A stretch of 64,000 bases of DNA, taken from the NCBI GenBank assembly GCA_013265495.1, contig MU058337.1:1952686-2016685 (forward strand), written 5' to 3'. Within the stretch, counting starts at the first letter, position 1, and every line of letters starts with the position of its first letter. The notes beneath the pieces are model-generated. The model did not search any database. It was not told the origin of the DNA and worked only from the letters and a program-made list of their open reading frames with translations. The position numbers and the translations under genes were made by a program. Of the stretch, positions 1 to 9,517 are shown piece after piece. The DNA comes from Vicugna vicugna. Taxonomy: Eukaryota.

Positions 1-1539
1 GGGATTCTCGTGGGAACGTGAGGAGCCCCTCTTACCTGCAGTCTCACCCTCTGCCCTGAGGAGGTGGTGCCTGAGGTAGCCTGCCAGGATGGCATGGGTG
101 GACCCCATCTGGTGGCCCCAGATCGACATCTGTCACTAGCCCACCACTGACCCCAGGACAACAGTTTACCCGCATTGGACCATGTACACTGAGCAGGTGC
201 AGCTGAGGTGGGCGGGGCTCAGGCCGGGTCAGGGTCACCTTGCAAAGTCCTGAGCACGTGATTATTGTCCCAGGACACTGAGGTTTTGTGGGTGTTTGTA
301 AGCAGTGCTCTTGTGACAATAGACAGTCACTACGCTTTCTCATCTTTAAATAGGCGAAGCATTTGGAACCCTCTCCAAAGTTACTGTGACGTCATTAAAT
401 GACTTAATGCATGTCAAACGCTGTGCTTTGGGCCTGCGCCAGAGAACCTGCCAGTAGCATCAGTTACCACTGCTCAGACACCAGGGGCTACCGCGCCCCC
501 TTCCCTCCCCCACTTGGCTGTGTTCCTCTTTCGGATGGATTCCTTCCTCTGAACTCATGTCTCCTTTCATTAGCAAGCACAGCATTTGGTTAATCACACT
601 CCATTTATGCCCCAATTTCAATTATTTATTTTTCTCCATCTGATTTTCCTTTACAGATTCTTGGCCATCTCCAATCTGTCCAGTTTCCTCTATTTCAGAA
701 GGATTTTTTTAAGCACAATATTTTTAATTTCAGCTCTAACATCCTTTCAGCTTGGGCTTGGAGAATTTGAGGGAGCAAAGGGAAAGGCAGACCTTCCTGT
801 GCTTCTCTGTAGAGGGCTGTTCTTTAATGGTATCTGTGGATATTAATTAGTTAAAACCCACGTGGAAATCTATTTTCGTCATGATGACTTTGATACAGAA
901 ACTATTTCCTGAATCTCCTGTTGGCCGAGCCAGGGAAATACACAAGGCAGTTTAGGGGTTTTAAAATACAAAACTGACATGGCAATAAACTGAAGAATTG
1001 ACTCGTTCAGATTATCTCTCCTCTCAATGATGTCAGACACCCAAGCGTTACCGAATAAATAGATTTTTTGCTTGGTGGCATTTTGTACATTAGTTTCTTA
1101 CTATCCTAATCAATAACTGAAATAGATTGATTTTCTGGCTTGCATTCTCTATTCTGTCAGTCAATCATTCGACAAGACAGATTGCATTAACTTTCTGCAT
1201 TGTGAGGCACTATTCCGGCCGTCAGGAGAGCAAAGCTCCATAAAACACAGTGCACCCTCCCCAGGAGTTTACGGCACAGGAGTTGGGTTCAGGCCTGTGC
1301 GAAATAAGCAGAGCAAAGGATTCTGGGAGCTGTGATTCAAGCAGGTGGAGAATGCAGTGGGTGTCCGAGGAAGGGAGTGTTTTGTCATGGGAGGCAGGGG
1401 CTTTCCTCACACAGAGTGATGGATGAGCGGATGTTACAGGTGGGCAGGGCTGGACAAAGGTCCCCCCGGCAGAGGGATCAGTAGGAGGAAAAGGATGGGA
1501 GACACAGGAAAGATGGAGGGTACAAAACTCACCAACATG

Positions 1540-1770
1540 TTGCGAGAATGTGGTTGGAGGCAGCGCTGCTGAAACAGACCAGGGTAGCCAGAACGTAGGC
1601 GGTTTCGTGAGCCACACAAAGGCATCTGTCCCATAGGCAATGGGAGCTGTTCTAAGTCAGGGTCAGCGTGATCAGACTTGTGTTTGGAAAGGCTCTTTGC
1701 AGCAGGTAGGGAATGGGTTGGAGAGGTGTGTGCCAGGAAGTCAAGTGAGAGGCCACTTACTTAAAGGTGA
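1540..1770 (-). mobile_element. L2 LINE remnant
   Basis: L2-like motifs taggcaatgggagc and gtgatcagacttgtgtttggaaagg; highly diverged. Confidence 0.6.
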
Positions 1771-1809
1771 GAGACTGACCTAGGATATCAGGCAAATAAG
1801 TTCGCTTTT

Positions 1810-2822
1810 ATTACTCACTTAGACAAATAATTAAGGACATCTAAGATATATACAGCAGTGCTAGGTTATCTAGGGTGTATGAAACATGACCAAATCTCTG
1901 CCATCCAAAGATTATGGGGGGGAGGGTACTTAACTCAGTGGTAGAGCATGTGCTTAGCATGCACAAGGTCCTGGGTTCAATCCCCAGAACCTCCATTTGA
2001 AAAAAAGGGTACAGTGCAGCAGGGAAAACACTGCTGACACCACGACATCAGGAGGTGAAGTGCAGAAGACGGGGCGGGGTGTGAACAGCTGAAGGCATTC
2101 AGAGGGGAAAGCGAGCATATTCTGTTGGGTCAACTGTAAAATGGTTTTGCATGAGCAGCGTAGGGTTTCAGATCGGCCTTGAAAGAAGAGCAGGCTTTCT
2201 CAAGGGAAAATCGTGGAGGAGGACTCGCCAACTGAGGTAACAGCCTGAGTAAAAGACATTGGGCCATATGCACGGACCATTTTTGATGAGCAGTGAGCGC
2301 CCATGTTGGTACTTGCTGAGGAGACGTGTGAAATGAGACTAGAAAGGGAGGTGGACCATATGGCTGAGGCCCTGAAATGCAGGGGTGGGCAATTTCTACT
2401 TAATTGGATCTGTGACAGGAGCTGGTGAAGGTTCTAAAAACAGCAGGGATGTAGTGAGAGCTGCCTTTGAGAAAGCTTCATCCTGTGTCGTTGGACAGGA
2501 TGGATTAAAGGTAAGGAGAACGTAAGAAGGATCTTTGCATCCATGTAACGGAATGGAGGCCAGAGCCAGGAGAGAAACGAGATGAGAGACTTGGGTTGAA
2601 GTCAATGCTCTGTGTCTTAGAGATGGGTCGGGCGTGGAGACTACACTGGAGCAGACAGACGTGGACGATACAGAGGGTCAGAGCTTGAGTGACTGAGGAA
2701 GTATCAGATCCACTAGGAGAAATTCGGGAGAGAGGACATATCTGAGGGAAGGCTAGGAAGACTGTGCATTTAATTTAGGTCAGGTGGAGTTTCAGAGGCT
2801 GGCAGGACATTCAGTTAGAATT
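1810..2822 (-). mobile_element. L2 LINE remnant, interrupted by the SINE at 1916
   Basis: L2 3'-end-like start (actcacttagacaaata...gtgctagg), then purine-rich L2 motifs (ggccttgaaagaagagcagg, ttgagaaag...ctg, tttaggtcaggtggagtttcagagg). Confidence 0.65.
1916..2007 (+). mobile_element. tRNA-Ala(AGC)-derived SINE (camelid vic-1-like)
   Basis: G-rich head, A box (taactcagtggtagag), anticodon arm tgtgc-ttAGCat-gcaca, B box gggttcaatccc, then an A tail; related copies at 9426 and 31101. Confidence 0.9.
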
Positions 2823-3030
2823 CAGTTAGGTTCTCAAGTTGGGGCAATTTTATGCACACACAGACACCGGGGTTATTTTGGAACGTCTGGGAACATTTTG
2901 TTTGTCACAACTCGGGGCAGGAAGTGCTTGTGGCACCTAGTGGGTGACATCCTATATGGCACAGGAACCGCCCTCCCCCCCACAACAAAGAATTATCTAC
3001 TCCAGAACGCCACTGGGGCTGAGCCTGAGT
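2823..3030 (+). mobile_element. MER20 (hAT-Charlie) DNA transposon
   Basis: Follows the MER20 consensus: ggttctcaa...gtctgggaacattttgtttgtcacaact...ggcacctagtgggt...cccacaacaaagaattatc. Confidence 0.85.
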
Positions 3031-3264
3031 CTGAGCTAGAGCGTTCTGATAGAAAAGTAGAAATGATACTCAAGAAGGTAGAGATTTTGGAAGTCACTTA
3101 TTTGAAACAGAATATAAATTATAAGTATGAATTATTTTAAACGTAGACCCAAGAATTAATCTAGCTAAATGGTACAAGAAGATTTGAGACAATTGTGGGT
3201 GATGTAAAGTTTAAGCGCTAACTAGATTAAGAGGTCTGAAGATTGATGGAGGCTGATCAGCACT

Positions 3265-3370
3265 TGCAGAATTCTTCGACAGTACAGGTTTCTGGGACAC
3301 AGAATCTCCAGAATTTTGTATTTTTAGGTGCTTGCTCACATAATTATGATGCTCAGCCAGAGTCAACTGA
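3265..3370. mobile_element. MER5-like hAT remnant
   Basis: cagaatctccag...ttttgtatttttagg...tatgatgctcagcca resembles the MER5 core; short and diverged. Confidence 0.4.
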
Positions 3371-3799
3371 AGCATTTTGCCAGATGCAAATGAGAAGTTA
3401 CAATCTAAAATGACCCCTACTATAAAAATCTAGGTCCAAAGGCATAGGGAATTCTAGAGAAAGGCTAACTCCTGGAAATCCTTACAGAGCTGGTGAAGGA
3501 AGTCTTGAAGGATGAATCAACGTTCACCAGTGTAAGAGGAAACAGAACACGCTCGGCAGAAGCAACAGTATTTGTGAAGATGTAAAAGACCGTGGTGAAG
3601 TACAGTTTTAATGAGACAGCAGAAAAGATATAAAGGAGATGAACTGAGTTTGTAAAATAGAACTAGAGATGCTGTAAAGCTTAGAAACAGCATGTGCAGA
3701 GAGGCTGAAGTACTGAAAGATGGTAGCTGGTGGCAGGGGATGGAGTAGAAGAAAATGGAATTAATGAGAACAGTTCCATGTATTTTCATGTTAATCACT

Positions 3800-4525
3800 T
3801 ATTTTGGGGTCTTTAATGTTTTAAATAACTATTGAAAGACTGTGCCACGCACATGGTTAATAAGTTAAAACATCGCAAAAGAATAAATGATAAACCAACC
3901 ATCTTCCATAGTTGGCTTCACTTAGGGCAACTCTTAACAGTTTCCAGTAACTCATTACAAAAGCTTTTCATGAACGTATGAGCATTCCTTTCTATCTGTC
4001 TGTCCATTCATCCATCCTATTGTCTTTTTCCCTCTGGAGAACCCTAATATGCTATTTCATATCATCTCTTTTCTCCAGATCTTCGAAAAAATACTCAGGT
4101 GAGCATACCGTACTCATTGCTTTTTACGTCGACCTTACTCACCACTATATACGCACACTTCATGTGAATACACAGCGGTCTGTGTCTCCTGACTGATGGT
4201 CGTTTGAGCGGATTGAACATTTTAGATGCGTTGAGCATCCTTGTTCATCCCCTTTGTGCGTATGTGGGAGGCTAGCCATGTATAAGTTTCTAATAGAATT
4301 GCTGGGACACCAGCTACAATGTCTGTTTGTATTATATTGTCTATTACATTTTGATAGGAATTGCTAAGTTGCTCTTTAAAAAGTTTATACCTATTTACAG
4401 AAGGCCAGCAGTGTATTAGAGGCTTTGTTTTTCTACACTTTTGTCACTATTTATCATTGTCAGGTGAAAAATAGAACCTCGGTTTTTTGTTGGTTTTTTT
4501 TGAAATTTACATTTCTTTATGTGTA
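3800..4525 (-). mobile_element. Ancient L1 (L1ME-like) fragment
   Basis: Antisense L1 motifs: gaattgctggg, ttgctctttaaaaagtttatacctatttac, ccagcagtgtat, aggtgaaaaatag...atttacatttcttta. Confidence 0.6.
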
Positions 4526-4889
4526 AAAGTCAGATTGTTAATGTAAACTGGTGTCCGTTTATTACTTGGTATGCAAAAACATTTGCAGTGTTTTGATGAT
4601 ACAATGAGCTTCAATTTGAAAGCAAATTTGGATAAAATGCAATAGGCAGTTGGCTCCCAGTCCTTGGGTCCTTGACCTGGAGCTGTGGATTCTGCAGACT
4701 CCCTCAGTCGTTTGATTAACCTCACAGTAACATCACTTTGCACTTGACCTGACTGCAGTGCTGGTACCCACATCGAGCATTACGGAAGGAATTTGTTGTT
4801 TACAGTTAAGTATACAATTAAGTATAGAATTTTATTAAAATGTCCATAGAATTTTAGCAAATAGTACCTCTTTTTAAACAAAGTCACCA

Positions 4890-5960
4890 TTTACTATAGC
4901 ATCACAAATATGTACCATGTAGGAATAAAGCCAATAATAGAATTGAATGCTGCTAAAGTACTTTATAAAAGAAATTACAAAGTCTCATTGACAGCCACTA
5001 ACAATGGCTTCAATACATGGAAATGTAGCCCAGATCTACGTGGGTTATGTCAGCTCAGTGTTTTAAAGATATCAAATTTCCCAAATTGAATTACACAGTC
5101 AGTGCAATCCAATGAAAATCCATATAGGTTCTTGGTGGAACTTAACAAGCTAAATCTAAAGTTTACAGAAAATGGCAGAAGGCTAAGAGGAGCCAAGACA
5201 CTCAAGAAACAGCAGAACCAAGCGGGAAGACTCAAGCTCACAAATGCCAGGAATTATTATAAAGCTGTGGTAATGAAGGGCCTGCAGTACAGAGGCGGGT
5301 CTACAAACAGGTGGATGGAAAAGGCATGTACGTGGAAGTGGTGCTGCAGAAGGAGGAAGCAACTGGATTTTCAACAAGTGGTGATGAGAAAATCGGGTGT
5401 TTGTATAAAGAAAGATGAAGCTGATGGATCCCACAACGTAGCCCAGCTGAGTTCCAGCTGCATGAAAAGCATAAATACAATAAAGTCGCGAAACTCTCAG
5501 AGGATAAAATAAAGCACATCTTCACGGCCTCAGGGGAGAAGACTCACTTATTCATTCTTAATCATTAAGGAACAGGTAGATACATGACTATGTCAAAGTT
5601 CAGATCTTCTGTTCATCAAAATACACAAGAGTGAAGGGATGAGCTGTGTAGTGAGAGATGAGTATATATCTGTGTCAATATCCAGATCCAAATCTACATC
5701 CATATTAATATATCCAACTATGGTTAATGTATAAAAGTTACAGATCATCCCTACAAATCAACGAGAACAGGATGACTCAATAGAAAAATGGGTCAAAAAC
5801 ACAAATGACCACCTCATAAAAGAAGAAATCTAACTGTCCATTAAACATGAAATGAACATTGCCAAACTTCATTCTTAATCAAGAAATGAAATATACACCC
5901 ACAAGAATGGCTAAAATGAAAAGACAGACGTGTTGACAAGGTGGTAAATTAAAGCAGACC
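4890..5960 (+). mobile_element. Old L1 ORF2 fragment (decayed)
   Basis: ORF 5102-5512 (FLVELNKLNLKF...AKTLKKQQNQAGRLKLTNARNYYKAVVMK) resembles the L1 ORF2 segment FFxELxKLILKFIW...AKTILKKKNKxGGLTLPDFKTYYKA; downstream caatagaaaaatggg and cacccacaagaatggctaaaat are L1 motifs. Confidence 0.85.
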
Positions 5961-5988
5961 CTCTTGAATTACTTACTGGACAGATGAG

Positions 5989-6145
5989 TGCGTATTGGTT
6001 TCCTTTTGTTGATGTAACAAGTTTCCACAAACATAGTCAATGAACCCAGATTTGTTTCCTTTTCGTTCTCAAGGCCAGAAGTCCAAAATCAGTCTCATGA
6101 GACTTTAATCAGGGCGTCAACAGGGCTCATCTGGAAACTCTGGCA
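5989..6145 (-). mobile_element. MLT1 (ERVL-MaLR) LTR fragment
   Basis: tgcgtattggtttcc...tgtaacaagtttccacaaac...ggccagaagtccaaaatcagtctca matches an MLT1 terminus. Confidence 0.7.
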
Positions 6146-7974
6146 TTGACTTCTTTTTTCTTATATCTTCTATTTACATTTTAGGTTAATAATTTTATTC
6201 CCATTAATAGTGTTTAGATTCAAGGGAGTGGCTGAAAAAACTAAGTGGACTATTAAAAGCCAATTAGCCAAAGATAGGATGGCATTTTTACTGTAGTTAC
6301 ATAGGAACACGAACGAGAGATTTTGTGGATCTAAGGTTACAAGAGGACCGCAGTTCTTGTCCTTGTCTCTCTTCCTTGCAGAGGAAGTCTGCAAGAAAAC
6401 TCGGCAGGAGGCTTTCCCTGGGGAGTGCCTAGGTAAAACCAGTTTTTCATTTGGTTTAACAAGAACGTGCCAATTGCTTAAACGCTCTTGCTAAGCGTGC
6501 ATCGGTGGCTGAAATATGGCGTGATGTTGCCGTGTGCTCAGATTGACTCTGTCAAGGGCTATACAGGGGAAGTCACATCGAGAGAGATAGGAAGGAAGCC
6601 ACAATTCATGGACATCGCGAGAAAGCCAGCGGTGGTCTTGTCAACCAACGCAGTGAGGTGCATCCTGAGAATGTGTGATACTCCGCAAATGAAGAGATGC
6701 CAGTCAGAAGACAGATGAGCTTTTCAGAGCGAAGCCTGGATGAGGTAAGATAGCTGGGTTCCTGGTGGTTGGCCAGGCAACGCAACCGTAAATCGCCACA
6801 CGCGGGCTCCAAATGCTTTTGGCTGGAAAAGATGATGCTGTCTGACCCCTGACACTGCCACTTAATTACACTGCGAGTCAGCGCGGATGCTCCTCAGGCC
6901 GGTGACTTCCCAACGGCAGGCACGGCGCTTTGAAAGGGCTACTCCCCGGCCTCTGCTGGGCCTCCCTTCTGAGGGTAGCCACATGCCGACTGTGGGCGTT
7001 CTGGTTTCTTGAATAAAGAAGGCATGTGACCGCAGTGGTGGCAGAATAAAAATACAGAGTCGGTGTGACGGAAGTGTTTATCCTGGAGCAGATGAAGCCG
7101 AATAAACAGCCAGGTCGGGGAAACAAAAAAATAACGCTGTTTTTCTTGAGGCTTGTTCCGGGGTTTCATGATCTTCTGTTGAAACGCCTTGCAGAAAAGT
7201 TGGGGACTTTTGGCTCCAATACTCTGAAATTTCCATCCAGGTGGGAATGGAACCTCTACACCACTACCGGGAATGTATTTATTCCGGCTCCAAAGTCCTC
7301 TTATGTCAAAGCCAAGGAATTTGCAATGAGAAAACCGTTTCATAAGAGAAGGGTGTTGGAAATTCACCTATTTCGAAATCTGCCTGAGACCTGGTGACAA
7401 ATTACAACAAGATTTCAGAAGGCTAATTGTCAGCAGGGCACTAAATATATGTTTCAAAAAATGATTTTTCTTTGTCTAGATTGATATATTGTTAACAAGA
7501 TTAATATATTGTTGAACTATCCAGTAACTGATCAGTATTGGAAGCCACTTTGTTTTATAATCCAGTTGCAAGTATCAAGACTACTTGAAGCTTTAGGGGA
7601 TAGACAAAAATAAATACACAAAATGTCAACAGCTGTCTACATGCTTAGGTTGTAGAAAAACAGGCAAAACCAAATTCGATGAATTGGACTGTCGTAGGCA
7701 TCCACAGACGAAAAAGGAATTGTCAAGTGTAGTTCAGTCGTTAAGAAAGGGTAGTACCCCAATGCTTGATATGAATAAAACATGTAGGATGCGCGTAGGC
7801 AGAGCCCACTCTGATGCCAGGGTCCTATTGATAACTGACGGCTGGCTGTTTTATTGACTCTTCCGTCTTTGGCACATGAAATTCCTCCCTTGTTCTTTGC
7901 CTTGGATTTCCACATTGAAACTATTTACATAGTTTTCTCAGCTGAGGACTCAAAGCGAATCTGTGCTTCACTTT

Positions 7975-8897
7975 AGTTTATTTTTTTAATTGAACTATAA
8001 TCGGCTTGTAATATGTCCATTTCTGGTGTGCAGCACCATGTTTCAGTCATACATATACATACATACATTCCTCTTCATATTCTTTTTCATTGCAGGTTAC
8101 TACAAGACATTTAAAAAGTTCCCTGTGCTATATAGTAGAAACTTGGTGTTTATCTATTTTATATATAGTTGCTAGTATTTGAAAATCTCGAACTTCTAAT
8201 TTATCCCTTTCCACACCCTTTGCCCCTGGTAACCAGAAGTTTGTTTTCTAAGTTTGTGAGTCTGTTTCTGTTTTGTAAATAAGTTCATTTGTGTCATTTT
8301 CTTTTCTTTTCTTTTCTTTAGATTCCACATATGAGTGATATCATATGGTATTTTTTTTCCTCTTTCAGGCTTACTTCACTTAGTATGACTATCTCCAGGT
8401 CCATCCATGTTGCTGCAAATGGCGTTATTTCATTGTTTTTATGGCTGAGTAGTATTCCACTGTATATATGTACCACATCTTCTTTATCCAATCATCTGTC
8501 CATGGACATGTAGGTTGTTTCCACGTTTTAGCTATTGTGTATAGTGCTGCTGTGAACATTGGGGTGCATATACCTTTTCGAATTTGAGTTCCTTCCAGAT
8601 ATATGCCCAGCAGTGGGATTGCTGGATCATATGGTAAGTCTATTTTTAGTTTTTAAAGGACTCTCCACACTGTTTTCCACAGCGGCTGCACCGAACTCCA
8701 TCCCCATCAGCAGTGTAGGGGGTTCCCTTTTCCCCACACCCTCTCCAGCATTCATCGTTCATGGACTTTTCAATGATGGCCATCCTGACTGGTGTGAGGT
8801 GACGCCTCATTGTAGTTTTGATCTGCATTTCTCTGATACTTAGCAGTACTGAGCATTTTCTCATGTGCCTGTTGGCCACTTGTGTGTGTTCATTGGA
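7975..8897 (-). mobile_element. L1 3' end (ORF2 C-terminus + 3'UTR), cetartiodactyl type
   Basis: T-rich tail at left; 3'UTR motif gattccacatatgagtgatatcatatggta; minus ORF 8646-8927 has [22 protein letters not shown]...[10 protein letters not shown], typical of the L1 ORF2 C-terminus. Confidence 0.95.
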
Positions 8898-9425
8898 CAT
8901 TAGCTTTAAAAAGCCTCCACCCTTCAACTTAAAGATTACTATGCATATTGGAGATCCCCTCAGTCACTGTGTGTTTGTGTGCCATGTCCCTAAAAAAAGG
9001 TGTGTTTGGACACAGTAGATGATTCTTAGACTCCAATCTGGTATGTGTGCAGTGTCTTTTTTTTTTTTTCAATGAGTCCTGAACTGATGACTGCTCCTTG
9101 TGTGCAGCTTCCATTGGTCTCTGGATTGCTACCTGTCTAGACACTTACCCTGTGCAGCTAGTTTAATCTGATGAATGAGAAAGAGGCACATTTCCTCATT
9201 ATGTGGCTTGAGCAACCAACAGGCAACAGTTCTGACTCCTGAAACTAGGTTCATCTTCCATGAAAACCCTGACAGTGACCTCTTATTGAGTGTATTTTAT
9301 GAGCCCTGTTGTTACACGTGCCTGTTTGAGAACACAATTATGCATTTCTGTGCAAACCCCGAGGCTTCCTTTCTTCATGCACATCCATTGAATGCAGGAT
9401 TAGGTTTTGTTCCATTTGTTTTTGG

Positions 9426-9517
9426 TTTTTTTTTTTAATGGAAGTACTGAGGCTTGAACCCAGGCCCTCATGCATGCTACACGTGCTCTACCACTGAGCT
9501 CCATCCACCCTCTCCCC
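9426..9517 (-). mobile_element. tRNA-Ala-derived SINE (vic-1-like)
   Basis: Reverse complement reads ggggagagggtggatggagctcagtggtagagcacgtgtagcatgcatgagggcctgggttcaagcctcagtacttccatt followed by poly-A. Confidence 0.88.

Noticed and set aside
101..118. CTCF site (minus strand gggccaccagatggggtc; other partial matches near 55935 and 63582)
   Set aside because: Each misses one or more strongly conserved core positions; cannot be supported without PWM or ChIP data.
1921..1995. Genuine tRNA-Ala gene (likewise a tRNA-Val-like AAC loop at 31101)
   Set aside because: A tails, a TSD at the 31101 copy, stem mismatches and multiple diverged copies indicate SINEs.
4480..4800. Minus-strand processed-transcript 3' end (T run plus poly-A-signal-like motifs)
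   Set aside because: The T run sits between aggtgaaaaatag and atttacatttcttta, which are contiguous L1 motifs, so it is internal to the L1 fragment; no TSD.
5102..5512. 136-aa ORF as a host gene
   Set aside because: Decayed L1 ORF2 segment; similarity is lost after a frameshift.
8646..8927. L1-like ORFs (also 37087-37269 and antisense ORFs at 21204, 33297, 33838, 37083) as CDS
   Set aside because: Fragments of 5'-truncated L1 copies or their antisense frames; no intact ORF1/ORF2.
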